From a virus (taxonomy: Duplodnaviria > Caudoviricetes), in IMG/VR virus record IMGVR_UViG_2811995030_000001, positions 64,001 to 128,000 of that record: a DNA stretch of 64,000 nt; one strand, 5' to 3'. Below are positions 47,965-58,453 of the stretch, one piece after another; within the stretch, counting starts at the first letter, position 1, and each line of letters opens with the position of its first letter. Below the pieces are notes generated by a model that was given only the letters and a program-made list of their open reading frames with translations, was not told where the DNA came from and made no database searches. Position numbers and translations under genes: made by a program.

Positions 47965-49071
47965 ATGACAAACAACAAACCACAAACATTCGGTACTTTT
48001 GAAGCTAAAGGAACTATCACAGTTGATCCTAACACTTTCCAAATTGATTTAAAAGGTAAAAATAACCCTCAATGGAATTATTCACGCCTTAATATGAAAA
48101 TGGAAGATAACGAAGGAAATAGCTTCTACCTGAATGCTCAAGATGGCTTTAGCTTAACAGATGGAAGAATTATCTATGCAAACCTCAAAGACGGTGAAGC
48201 AAATGAGCAGCTTCAAGTGGCTTTCGGTGATAGAAATAACCCAGAAATTCTAAAACATGTAGCTGACCGTTCGTTTATCAAGGTAGCATTAAGAAAAGTT
48301 AAAAATGAAGAAGGTAAAATGGTTTGGGATTATGTAAACTTTTTAACGGCATATGATGTAATGAATTATCTTAAAGATAGATTAAAAACAGGCATGAAGT
48401 TGTATGTACGTGGTCGTGTAAAGCACAGTATCTTTAATGATAAATTACAAAGAGAGTATGAAATTCAGCGTATCTTCCTATTACCTGCGGAGGAAGAGTC
48501 AGATTCAGGATTTAAATTTACTCAATCAGTACTAATCTCATCTAACTCACTAGACTTAGAAAAATGGGAAACTGAAGGAATTGCTACTGTTAACACAAAA
48601 CTTCACTATAAGAAAAAAGGCGTCTCAGAGTATCTTGATTTAGAATTGAAAATTAGAGCTACTGAAGAGAATAAAGGTACATATCAAAAAATTATTGATA
48701 AATATCTAACAGTCGAAGAGGATAAAATTCGTCAGATTACTGTGGATGGGAAGTATAAAATCGGGTACACGCAACGTCAAGTAACAAAAGAAGATTTGCC
48801 AGCAGAAGCATTAGAGTTAATTGAAGATGGATTCTACACACTTGAGGAAGTATTGAAAATGAATACTAACAATGGAGAACGAGTAGATGAAATGCAATTA
48901 ACACGACCTACGTTGTTAAAGGATCGTGACACTGGTAAGCCAAAATTAATCATTGATGATGAAGCGTTTAAGCCTGAAGATTTAATTATGGTAGATGTAG
49001 AGCCAGAACCAGAAGTGGTAGTAAGCAACGATGATGATGAAGATTTATCTTTCCTTGATGATTTAGATTGA
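47965..49071 (+). CDS. putative ssDNA-binding protein (YorF-like position)
   Basis: beta-rich OB-like sequence with acidic tail DDDEDLSFLDDLD; first gene of the replication operon. Confidence 0.6.
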   Translation: MTNNKPQTFGTFEAKGTITVDPNTFQIDLKGKNNPQWNYSRLNMKMEDNEGNSFYLNAQDGFSLTDGRIIYANLKDGEANEQLQVAFGDRNNPEILKHVADRSFIKVALRKVKNEEGKMVWDYVNFLTAYDVMNYLKDRLKTGMKLYVRGRVKHSIFNDKLQREYEIQRIFLLPAEEESDSGFKFTQSVLISSNSLDLEKWETEGIATVNTKLHYKKKGVSEYLDLELKIRATEENKGTYQKIIDKYLTVEEDKIRQITVDGKYKIGYTQRQVTKEDLPAEALELIEDGFYTLEEVLKMNTNNGERVDEMQLTRPTLLKDRDTGKPKLIIDDEAFKPEDLIMVDVEPEPEVVVSNDDDEDLSFLDDLD

Positions 49072-49162
49072 TATATCATAGACAATCAAATAACTAATTA
49101 CATATAAGCAGTAAAATTATAATTAAAAAAAATAAATTACATACATTTGGAGGAATTTATAT

Positions 49163-50137
49163 ATGACAATTTCATTTCGTAAACCAGCAGCTCGTAAACA
49201 AGGACTTAAAATTTTAGCTTATGGAGAAAATGGTGCAGGCAAATCACTTTTCACACTTTCATTCCCTAACAATGCAATCGTTGACTCTGAATCTAAGATT
49301 GGAGTATATGAGAATGATCCTGAATATAAAGATAATATCGTAGGGGTGGCCGATACTGCTAATTACTACGATGTAATTAAACTATCAGAACAAGTAGTAA
49401 AGAATCCTACCCAATTTAACACATATACTATTGATTCTTATACAAATATATATAATGGAATGCAAGTATCAGCTATGGAAAGTGAAGAAGAGCGTGCTCG
49501 TAAGAAGAAAGGTAATGTGGATGACGCAACAGTATCTCAGCGTGGATGGGGAAAAGTTAAATTAAATACAATCCGATTTGACAGCTATATTGCTCAAGCT
49601 TCAGCCAAAGGAATTACAGTTATCGCTGTAGCTCACAAGGATGACGTTATGCAAGATGCTAACGGTAAGGCGATTAAAGTAGGAGAGAAGCCTTCTCTAC
49701 GTAAAAATGCTGAACATACTTTCGATGTAATTATTCGATTCTATAAAGAGAAAGATATGGTTACTCAAGAATGGAAATTCTTTGCTGAGGTTGAGAAAGA
49801 TACAACTAAAACGTATAAGCTTGGTACAAAGTTAGAGAACGTTACATATGAAGCATTTAAAGGTTATATCGAACGTAGTTCTAAAGCAGAAGGTATTGAA
49901 ACTAACTATGACAAAGTTATTGAGTCAACAGTAAGCTCTATGCAAGAAGAATCAGCGAACCATGATGAACTAGTTGTTGAATTCAAAGCTCTATACAAAG
50001 AATTAAGCGCTAAAGATGAAGCTTTAAAAGGTGAAGTAGCTAAGATTCTAAAATCTAAAGGCGCAGAGAAATATAATGATCCATCACTTGCTACAAATTT
50101 AAAAGAGGCAATTGAAGAAATCAAAAAGTTAAAATAA
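49163..50137 (+). CDS. AAA_24/Sak4-like ATPase (YorG-like)
   Basis: Walker A GENGAGKS, YTIDS. Confidence 0.8.
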   Translation: MTISFRKPAARKQGLKILAYGENGAGKSLFTLSFPNNAIVDSESKIGVYENDPEYKDNIVGVADTANYYDVIKLSEQVVKNPTQFNTYTIDSYTNIYNGMQVSAMESEEERARKKKGNVDDATVSQRGWGKVKLNTIRFDSYIAQASAKGITVIAVAHKDDVMQDANGKAIKVGEKPSLRKNAEHTFDVIIRFYKEKDMVTQEWKFFAEVEKDTTKTYKLGTKLENVTYEAFKGYIERSSKAEGIETNYDKVIESTVSSMQEESANHDELVVEFKALYKELSAKDEALKGEVAKILKSKGAEKYNDPSLATNLKEAIEEIKKLK

Positions 50138-50206
50138 TTGGTTTCAGATATATAAGGGTGGCAGGATACAAACTCCTGTCACCTATTCTAAAAAAGGAGT
50201 GAGCGT

Positions 50207-50833
50207 GTGACAAATCAAACGGCTACTTGTTATCACTGCAAAGAAAAAGTAATGAAGTTAGAAGCTGTAAAGGAAGATATAACTAAGCCTGAAGCAAAAA
50301 GAAAATCATTTAGATACATACATAAAAATTGCTATGAGAAGTATCAGGAAAGCCAAAAGGAAACAGAAGAAAAAATGAAAGATTGGAAAGATTGGGATGA
50401 ACTTTACCAATATGTAAAGTATGAAATTTTCCATTATGAAAAGAAAATGTCTCTAAGTAGGCAAGTTGTTGGTAGGCTGCAAGGCCTTAGATCAGGGAAT
50501 TATGGATTTAAAAGAAATCAAAAGGTGTTGTTGAGTGATGAAGGTTATCCATATAAGGTAATATTATTAACTTTCAAAATTAAGAAGGTAGATATTATTA
50601 ATGCTATTTCAGATAGGAGTAAATTCAAAAGTAAAGAGGATGGATGGAATTACGCAATGGCAATAGTCTCAAATAATATTAATAATGTGTATTTGAGATT
50701 GAGAGAGAGAGAAGAGAGCAATAGACGAGTTGAAGAAGTTAAACTTGAGAATCATGATGTACATACAGAGTTCAAAAACAAAACTAAAATACATAAAAAT
50801 AAAGTCGCTAACAAATTAAGCCACTTGTTTTAG
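50207..50833 (+). CDS. YorH-like replication protein (putative helicase loader)
   Basis: CYHC...HKNC; synteny before the helicase. Confidence 0.6.
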   Translation: MTNQTATCYHCKEKVMKLEAVKEDITKPEAKRKSFRYIHKNCYEKYQESQKETEEKMKDWKDWDELYQYVKYEIFHYEKKMSLSRQVVGRLQGLRSGNYGFKRNQKVLLSDEGYPYKVILLTFKIKKVDIINAISDRSKFKSKEDGWNYAMAIVSNNINNVYLRLREREESNRRVEEVKLENHDVHTEFKNKTKIHKNKVANKLSHLF

Positions 50834-50847
50834 AGAGGGGTTGTTGA

Positions 50848-52347
50848 ATGGAACAGGTTCTTGATAAGAAAGAAGTAATGAAAGCAAAGATTAAAGAAAT
50901 TATGAAGCCAGTTGAAGCTAACGTTGTTGGATGTATGTGGTCAAAAACAGAACTATATTATGACTATGCAGATTTAACAAGAAAGACGTTTAAAAATCCA
51001 ATTTGGAGCTTCTATTATACAGTTGGCCTTAAAGTAGTAAATAAGAACATTACAGTTTTAGATGAAGTAGCTGTAGAAGTATACATAAAAGATAATCCAC
51101 AACTCATGGAGAACTATGAGAAGTATGGAAAATTCGATATTATTGATAATTTAAAATCATATATCACAGTAGATAATATTGAGGCATACATAAATGATTT
51201 AAAGAAGTGGTCAGCTTTATATGACATTGTAGATAACCTTACTATTGATGAGTCAGTTATTACAGATGCTCACGACATGGATATTAACGATTTATATGAC
51301 TACTTTAATGCTCAAATGAACAGTATTTTTATCAATGCAGATGATGGAGTTGAGTCACACAAATTAGAAGATGATTTAGATGACATTATTGAGGAGGCTA
51401 ATAAAGGTTTAAATGTGGGAATGCCTATCCCAAGTGATATTTTAAGTGAAGAAATAGGAGGAGTAATGCAAGGTCAGATTATCCTTGTAGGAGGCCTAAG
51501 TGGTACAGGTAAGACAGGTTTTACGATTCAAATGATGCTTTCCTCGCTATTTGAAAATGAAGAAGCAGGAGGAATAATGCTAAATGAGCAGGATCATGTT
51601 AAATGGAAACAGGAATTGCTGACATGGATTATTAATAATAAGTTAATTCATTTAGAGAAGTTTAAAAACTGTAAGCCATTCAACAAGAAGAGATGGAGAC
51701 AAGGAAACTTTACTGATGAAGAACATCAACTATTAAAAGCAGCTTCTAAATATCTAAAGAATAAGATGAAAAACAACCAAATCGTTCTTATTCACTTTAA
51801 ATCATATTCACGAAAACAAGCAGAAAGGGTAATTAGAAAGTATGCCTCATTAGGAGTTAAAAACTTTGTTCTTGATACATTTAAAATTTCTTCTGACAGA
51901 GACAACACTGATTCATTTTGGTTATCAATGCAAGAGGATATGCGTAAATTTGATGACCTAATTAAACCGTCCAACTTAGACGTTTCATTATGGGTAACAC
52001 TTCAATTACAGAAAGGCAGTGCATTAAAACGATACTTAACAGGTGATTCAATTGGTATGGCAAAGAACGTAATTGACGTTGCTTCTGTTGGATTATTAAT
52101 GAGAAGGTTACGTAATGATGAATACAGTGATGGAAAGTATCCTGTGAAGGTGTGGAAGCCACTAACAAAAGAAAGCATGCAATCAGGAAAAGAAATAAAG
52201 CTAGATAGAAATAGGAAATACGTTGTTATCTTTATAGAAAAGAACCGTAATGGGGAGGCACAATCTTATCAAATTGTAGCAGAGCAAGACTTAGGAAGAT
52301 TAGTTTATAAAGAGATAGGGATATGTGATATTCCATTTGACTCTTAA
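50848..52347 (+). CDS. dnaB: DnaB-like replicative helicase (YorI-like)
   Basis: GLSGTGKT, VLDTFK, TLQL, EKNRNG. Confidence 0.85.
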   Translation: MEQVLDKKEVMKAKIKEIMKPVEANVVGCMWSKTELYYDYADLTRKTFKNPIWSFYYTVGLKVVNKNITVLDEVAVEVYIKDNPQLMENYEKYGKFDIIDNLKSYITVDNIEAYINDLKKWSALYDIVDNLTIDESVITDAHDMDINDLYDYFNAQMNSIFINADDGVESHKLEDDLDDIIEEANKGLNVGMPIPSDILSEEIGGVMQGQIILVGGLSGTGKTGFTIQMMLSSLFENEEAGGIMLNEQDHVKWKQELLTWIINNKLIHLEKFKNCKPFNKKRWRQGNFTDEEHQLLKAASKYLKNKMKNNQIVLIHFKSYSRKQAERVIRKYASLGVKNFVLDTFKISSDRDNTDSFWLSMQEDMRKFDDLIKPSNLDVSLWVTLQLQKGSALKRYLTGDSIGMAKNVIDVASVGLLMRRLRNDEYSDGKYPVKVWKPLTKESMQSGKEIKLDRNRKYVVIFIEKNRNGEAQSYQIVAEQDLGRLVYKEIGICDIPFDS

Positions 52348-52358
52348 GAGGTGTTTAG

Positions 52359-53381
52359 ATGGATGCTAGAGAGTTAGAAAAATACATAATTGAAAATGAT
52401 TTATTACAACAACTATTAGAAAAGGTGGGATGTCATTCATTTGTACCGTATGCTAATGAGATAAGATGTGCTTTACCTGATGAGAATGACAACAGTAAAG
52501 TTTCCATCTTCCCAGATAACTTATCAATACGAGTATTTACGAAAGGAGAAACAATATACGGAAGAATTTACGATTTAGTGATGTACATATATGATATTCC
52601 TTTTACAAATGCATATAAGAAATGCTTAGCGCTATTAGGATTATCTGGAGGAATAATTACTAAGAAGACGGATCATTTAGCTTTCTTTAAAGGAATCAAA
52701 ACCAAGCGTAAGAGAACAACATCTGATAATGAGCAAGTTTATTATGATATATCTGTTCTCGATAAATACTCTAAGATTCCTCACATTGATTTAATACATA
52801 AGGATAGTATCATTGGTCAAGATGTAATTGACAAATATCACGTTAGATTTGATGAACAAAGTGAAAGAATTATATTTCCTCATTTTAAATATGATGACAA
52901 AAATAAAATAGTTGGAGTAGTGGGGAGAACAGTTAACAAAGCATGGGAAGAGCTTAATATCCCCAAATACTTCCCTATAGATGGGATGAGGTATGAAAAG
53001 AGTTCCAATCTATACGGATTGAGTCATAATATGGAAAGTGTACAACAGACAGGACAAATCGTTGTATTTGAAGCAGAAAAGAGTGTTATTAAGTTAGATA
53101 TGTTTGGTTATCCAATTGGAGTATCTGTAGGATGTCATGAAGTATCTAATGAGCAGCTAAAAATACTATTATCTTTAAATTGTGAAGTGGTAATAGCCTT
53201 TGATAAGGGCATTGAAAAGAGTCATGTTCTAGAGACATGTGGTAGAATAAATAAGTTTCAAAAGGTAAGTTACATAGAAGATAAATGGGATTTATTAAAG
53301 AAAGGTGATAGTCCAGTAGATAAAGGGTATAAGAAGTGGAACTTTCTATTAAAACACAGAACTTTTGTAAAGGGTGATTAA
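52359..53381 (+). CDS. dnaG: DNA primase (YorJ-like, TOPRIM)
   Basis: RIIFP, VVGRT, VFEAEKS, IAFDKG, DSPVD. Confidence 0.8.
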   Translation: MDARELEKYIIENDLLQQLLEKVGCHSFVPYANEIRCALPDENDNSKVSIFPDNLSIRVFTKGETIYGRIYDLVMYIYDIPFTNAYKKCLALLGLSGGIITKKTDHLAFFKGIKTKRKRTTSDNEQVYYDISVLDKYSKIPHIDLIHKDSIIGQDVIDKYHVRFDEQSERIIFPHFKYDDKNKIVGVVGRTVNKAWEELNIPKYFPIDGMRYEKSSNLYGLSHNMESVQQTGQIVVFEAEKSVIKLDMFGYPIGVSVGCHEVSNEQLKILLSLNCEVVIAFDKGIEKSHVLETCGRINKFQKVSYIEDKWDLLKKGDSPVDKGYKKWNFLLKHRTFVKGD

Positions 53382-54491
53382 GTGGGAGCTAGAGATAAAT
53401 TAGTGATTCCTAAGAAATTTATTAAAAAATATGGTGAAAAATTTCCTCTTTGGAGTTATAGTAAGATTAACACCTTAGATAATTGCAAGCATGAATACTA
53501 TCTTTCCAGAGTTAAGAAGCTAAAGAGTGAGGATAATATCTATACAGTATCAGGAACATGTGCTCATGATATTATTCAAGACTATTACGAAAATAAAATA
53601 AAATACAATCAAATGGCTGATCTATTTGAAACAAAGTTCTTTGATATTGAAATATCGGATTTTAGATTTAGTAGTGATGAGCAGAAAAACACATCAATGA
53701 GAAACAAATATAAAAGTTGTGTTAAAGATTTCTTTCTTACACACAAGCCAATTGAAACTAAAGTATTAACAGAAAAATTAATTTGGGTAGATGTAGACGG
53801 CCATGTGTTTATGGGATATGTAGATGCAATCATTAAAGATCAAGACGGCAATTATAATATTATTGATTGGAAAACAAGTACAATTTATAAGGGAGCTAAG
53901 ATTAAATTACATGGTAAACAGCTATTATTATACGCTTTGGGTCTTCATCAGATGGGTGTTCCTTTGGATAAGATTAAAGTTGCATGGAATTTCCTAAAGT
54001 ATGTCAACGTTACATATAAGCAAAAGAATGGTAAGTATAAAACAACAAGCTCAGAGAGACATAAATGGGTAGCAGCAATCAAAACACCTTTAAAGAAGGA
54101 CATCAAGAGTGTGTATAATATGGAAGATTGGGAGGCTGATATTAAACTTGAAGAGTTAATTTCTGCAAATTCATTGGATGGACTAGATGAAGAAATACAA
54201 AACAAATATAAATTAGATGATTGTTATGTGTATGCTGAAGTATCGGAGGAATTGGTTAATGAATTAAAACGTGATCTTGTAGCAGGAATTGAAGAGATTA
54301 ATGAGAGAGGTGACGAGGAAGACAAGTGGAATCGTGAGCCTATCCAGCCTAAAGATGAGTTTTATTGTAATGTCTTATGTGGAGTAAAAAGACATTGTAA
54401 ATTCTATAAAGCTTATCAGGAAAAGAATAAGAAGTATCAATCAGAAGAAGATAAACTACTTGAAGAAATAGACAACATTTTATCCTTATAG
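53382..54491 (+). CDS. PD-(D/E)XK nuclease, Cas4/AddB-like with Fe-S cysteines
   Basis: WSYSK...C, GYVDAI, IIDWKT, QLLLY, CNVLCGVKRHC. Confidence 0.85.
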   Translation: MGARDKLVIPKKFIKKYGEKFPLWSYSKINTLDNCKHEYYLSRVKKLKSEDNIYTVSGTCAHDIIQDYYENKIKYNQMADLFETKFFDIEISDFRFSSDEQKNTSMRNKYKSCVKDFFLTHKPIETKVLTEKLIWVDVDGHVFMGYVDAIIKDQDGNYNIIDWKTSTIYKGAKIKLHGKQLLLYALGLHQMGVPLDKIKVAWNFLKYVNVTYKQKNGKYKTTSSERHKWVAAIKTPLKKDIKSVYNMEDWEADIKLEELISANSLDGLDEEIQNKYKLDDCYVYAEVSEELVNELKRDLVAGIEEINERGDEEDKWNREPIQPKDEFYCNVLCGVKRHCKFYKAYQEKNKKYQSEEDKLLEEIDNILSL

Positions 54492-54507
54492 GAGGTGAGG
54501 AATTGAG

Positions 54508-57500
54508 ATGGGAAACTATACACTGTTTCATTTACACTCAATGCTCAGCAACGCAACTACAATAGATAGTGCTTCTCATTATGAAGAATATATAAAACTT
54601 GCTAAGAAGCATAATATGAAAGCTTTAGCATTTTCCGAACATGGTGGCGTGTTTGAATGGATAAAGAAAAAGCAGGCTATGAATAAGGAAGGCATTAAGT
54701 ATATACATGGTCAAGAATTTTATCTGACCACCACTTTAGAAGAAAAACTAAAAGAAACTTACCATATTGGGTTATATGCAAAGAATTGGGAAGGGGTAAA
54801 AGAGCTTAATAAATTGTCTTCTATTGCTTACAAGAAGTCTACCAATCATTATTACTACAAGCCAAGAATATCCCTAGAGGAATTGTTTCAAACGAGTAAG
54901 AATATTATCGTAACAACAGCATGTCTTGGTTCAATTCTTTGGCAACGAAGAAATGAGTTAGGTATTATAAATAAGTTTATGGATTGGGCTGTTAATAATA
55001 AAGATAGAGTGTTCTTAGAAATTCAATATCATAACGATGTTGAGCAGATTGAATATAATCAGCTTTTACATAAGTGGTCACAGAGATACGGATTAAGGTT
55101 GATTGCAGGAACAGATACACATTCTTCTTCGGAGTATAAGGCTGAGTGTCGATCAATTCTTCAAAAGGCTAAAAATATGAGTTATGGCCATGAAGATGCA
55201 TATGATCTAACATTTAAAACATATGAAGAGTTAATTGATAAATTTAAAGAGCAAGACTCATTGCCAGAAGAGGTTTATATGGAGGCAATCGAAAATACAA
55301 ATGTATTTGCGGATATGATTGAAGACTTCGAGCTGGATACTTCATTTAAATATCCTAAGATATACGAGAACGATGAGGAGGAGTTTAAAAGCACTCTTGC
55401 TAAAAAATACAAGCAGAAAGTTCAAGATGGGATCATAGATGATTCTAAAGGTGAGTATAAGAAGGGGATTGCTGAGGAGCTAAGAGCGTTTAAAAAGTTG
55501 GGTATGCTTAGCTTTATGACCTTCATGTCTGAATTAACAACATGGTGTTGGGATAATAACATTCCTATCGGTTATAATCGTGGCTCTGTAGGTGGAAGTG
55601 TTATTGCTTATATTATGGATATTATAGACTTAGATCCTGTGAAATGGAACACTGTATTTTCAAGGTTTTGTAATGAAGATCGTGTTAGTTTAGGAGATAT
55701 AGATATTGATTTTGATCCGAATGATAGAGGTAAGGTTTTTGAATATATCATCAATAGATTCGAGAATAAACAAACGGCCTATATAATCACATTTAACACA
55801 GTTGCAGATAAGGGAACTATTGATGAGATTGGAAGAGCTTTAAAAATACCTCTTAGTGAGGTTAGCGTGATTAAGAAAGATTATGATAGTGATCCAGACA
55901 AGGCGAGAGAAACGTACCCTCATGTTTTCAAATATTTCGATGGAATCAAGGGGACTATTACATCTAAAGGGATGCATCCAGCGGGAATTGTAGCCTCGCC
56001 TATTACGCTAGATGATTCTATTGGGTTTATATATGACGAAGATAAGCCTATAGTACAGTGTGGTATGAAAGCTATTGACAGCTTGAATTATGTTAAATTC
56101 GATATATTAGGTTTAAAAAATATCGGTGTAATTAAGAAAACATTTGAGTATTTAAATAAGCGATATATGAAGTCTCATGAAATAGATTGGAATGACTCTG
56201 ATGTATGGAGAGACATGATTAACTCGCCAGTAGCAATATTTCAATTTGAAGGTAATTATGCGTTTGAAATGCTTCAAAGATTCAAACCACAAGCTATAAA
56301 TGACATGTCAATTGTTAATGCAGCACTTAGACCTTCGGGAGCGTCATATCGTGATAAATTAATGGCAAAGGAGTTCCATAATAACCCTTCAGAACAAATC
56401 GATGAGCTGTTAAAGGATAATATGGGTTATCTAATCTTCCAAGAGGATACTATTAAATTCTTAACAGATATATGTGGATTTAGTGGTGCAGAAGCCGATA
56501 ACGTTAGGCGTGCCATTGGTAAGAAGGATATGGAGAAATTACAAGAGGCACTACCTTTAATACTAGATGGGTATTGCTCAAAGTCTGATAAGTCAAGGGA
56601 TATTGCTGAACAAGAAGCTAAAGAGTTCATACAGATTATATCTGACTCAAGTGATTATCAATTTGGATATAATCATTCTACTGGATACAGCATGGTTGGA
56701 TATACATGCGCTATGCTTAGATATTACTATCCTTTAGAGTTTACTACTTCATTTTTAAACCAAGCAGCAAACGATGATGACATTAAGAATGGTGCTGAGT
56801 TGGCTAAGATGAAAGGAATTAAAATACTTCCTCCTAAATACGGATTTTCAAAAGGGGAATATTTCTTTGACAGAGAGGATAATGCGATATATAAAGGAAT
56901 TGGATCAATTAAATTTCTTAATGAAGATGTTGGTAATAAGCTGTATGAATTATCTAAAACTAAAAAGCATGATACATTTAGCGATTTATTATACGATATT
57001 CAGCATAATTCTATTGCAAACTTTAAGCAGATAAAGATTCTTGCCACATTAAACTTCTTCTCTGAGTTTGGAGGAAACCAAAAGCTTCTTAATATCATTG
57101 ATAAATATGAGGCTAGACTTAAAAATAGAGACCTTAAAGAAGGAACAAAGGTTAAAAGGCTTGAAGAAATTAATACATATGAGAAGGAAATTAATAATGA
57201 TAAGGTTGGAATTAAAGAGCAAATAAGAGCAGAGATTGATTATTATGGCTACGAGGTAACTATAATCGAGAAGTCCCCAGAAAGTGTTTATATAGTCACT
57301 GGAATTGACACTAAATATGCCCCCAAAATAAGATTGTACAACTTGCATTCTGGAGAGGTGTTAAATTTAAAATGCTCTAAAGCAGAAATGAAAAAGAATA
57401 TGTTTGGTCAATATTCGATCATTCAAGTTAAGCAAACTGTTAATAAGAAAAAGAAAAGACCTGTAAATGGTAAGTGGGTAGAGATTGATGAAATGGAGCA

Positions 57501-57531
57501 ACATTTAACTTTATGGAATGTCTTAAGATAA
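54508..57531 (+). CDS. dnaE: DNA polymerase III alpha subunit (YorL-like)
   Basis: PHP HLHS, RGSVGGS, GDIDIDF, HPAG, KFDILGL, FGYNHS. Confidence 0.95.
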   Translation: MGNYTLFHLHSMLSNATTIDSASHYEEYIKLAKKHNMKALAFSEHGGVFEWIKKKQAMNKEGIKYIHGQEFYLTTTLEEKLKETYHIGLYAKNWEGVKELNKLSSIAYKKSTNHYYYKPRISLEELFQTSKNIIVTTACLGSILWQRRNELGIINKFMDWAVNNKDRVFLEIQYHNDVEQIEYNQLLHKWSQRYGLRLIAGTDTHSSSEYKAECRSILQKAKNMSYGHEDAYDLTFKTYEELIDKFKEQDSLPEEVYMEAIENTNVFADMIEDFELDTSFKYPKIYENDEEEFKSTLAKKYKQKVQDGIIDDSKGEYKKGIAEELRAFKKLGMLSFMTFMSELTTWCWDNNIPIGYNRGSVGGSVIAYIMDIIDLDPVKWNTVFSRFCNEDRVSLGDIDIDFDPNDRGKVFEYIINRFENKQTAYIITFNTVADKGTIDEIGRALKIPLSEVSVIKKDYDSDPDKARETYPHVFKYFDGIKGTITSKGMHPAGIVASPITLDDSIGFIYDEDKPIVQCGMKAIDSLNYVKFDILGLKNIGVIKKTFEYLNKRYMKSHEIDWNDSDVWRDMINSPVAIFQFEGNYAFEMLQRFKPQAINDMSIVNAALRPSGASYRDKLMAKEFHNNPSEQIDELLKDNMGYLIFQEDTIKFLTDICGFSGAEADNVRRAIGKKDMEKLQEALPLILDGYCSKSDKSRDIAEQEAKEFIQIISDSSDYQFGYNHSTGYSMVGYTCAMLRYYYPLEFTTSFLNQAANDDDIKNGAELAKMKGIKILPPKYGFSKGEYFFDREDNAIYKGIGSIKFLNEDVGNKLYELSKTKKHDTFSDLLYDIQHNSIANFKQIKILATLNFFSEFGGNQKLLNIIDKYEARLKNRDLKEGTKVKRLEEINTYEKEINNDKVGIKEQIRAEIDYYGYEVTIIEKSPESVYIVTGIDTKYAPKIRLYNLHSGEVLNLKCSKAEMKKNMFGQYSIIQVKQTVNKKKKRPVNGKWVEIDEMEQHLTLWNVLR

Positions 57532-57579
57532 ATAAATAATACATAGGAGTGATTCATTATCGGTTTAACTTATAAACAA

Positions 57580-58353
57580 TTGGCGAAGAGAGTAACATTA
57601 ATTGGAGCAGCTATTGCAGTACCTTTTACATATAGTTCTTATACCAATGCACAAATGGAGAAGAAAGTAGATAATTCAAATAAGAAGTATGAGAAGAAGA
57701 TTAAGAAGCAACAGGAAGAAATCAAGGCATTGAAGGAAGTTAATAAGGATCAAGAGGTTAAAATTGAGACTAACACTCAAAGTGTGAGTGATACAAGTAA
57801 GAAAATTGATGAAACTGAGGTGTCTCTTAGGCGACAGATTGCAGAAGTTGAAGCAGAAATAGAAAAGAAAAATAAATTACAGCAAGATATTAAAGAAAAG
57901 AAGGCTGAAGAGGTTAAGCAACCAGTTAAACAGCAAGAAACTAAGCCTCAGAGTAAGCCTGCAACACAAGTTAATAAAGTGGAAGATACTAAGGAGGAGA
58001 AGGTTGAAACTAAGGATACAGGGAGTTTAAAGACATTTGATGCTGAGGTTACATATTATACGGCCAATGCAGAAAGCACAGGAAAGTCTGTTGGTGATGT
58101 TGCTTATGGAATTACAGCAAGTGGAGCACAAGTAAGATCGGGTATGGTTGCTATGGATAATAGTATCTATCCATTCGGAACAAAGGTACGTATTAATGGA
58201 ACAGTATATACTAATTGTGATACTGGAGGCGCTATTAAGGGAAACAGAATAGACATTTATGTTCCTACTGTATCTCAAGCACAGCAATTAGGAAGACAGA
58301 CAGTCAAAGCTGAAGTGGTTGAATGGGGAAATGGTAAGTGTGTAGCTAACTAA
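57580..58353 (+). CDS. secreted 3D-domain cell-wall protein (YorM-like)
   Basis: signal/TM segment, coiled coil, ITASG, DTGGAIKGNRIDIY. Confidence 0.85.
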   Translation: MAKRVTLIGAAIAVPFTYSSYTNAQMEKKVDNSNKKYEKKIKKQQEEIKALKEVNKDQEVKIETNTQSVSDTSKKIDETEVSLRRQIAEVEAEIEKKNKLQQDIKEKKAEEVKQPVKQQETKPQSKPATQVNKVEDTKEEKVETKDTGSLKTFDAEVTYYTANAESTGKSVGDVAYGITASGAQVRSGMVAMDNSIYPFGTKVRINGTVYTNCDTGGAIKGNRIDIYVPTVSQAQQLGRQTVKAEVVEWGNGKCVAN

Positions 58354-58453
58354 GTAAAAGAATAATTTTACATTAAAAGTAGCTTTGAAAAATGGAGAAA
58401 ACGAGAGAAAAATGGAGAATGAGAGAGTTTAAAAATAACAAAATACATAAAAG

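Noticed and set aside
50848-57531. Inteins or introns in helicase, primase or DnaE
   Set aside because: ORFs are continuous, with normal lengths and no splice-junction motifs seen
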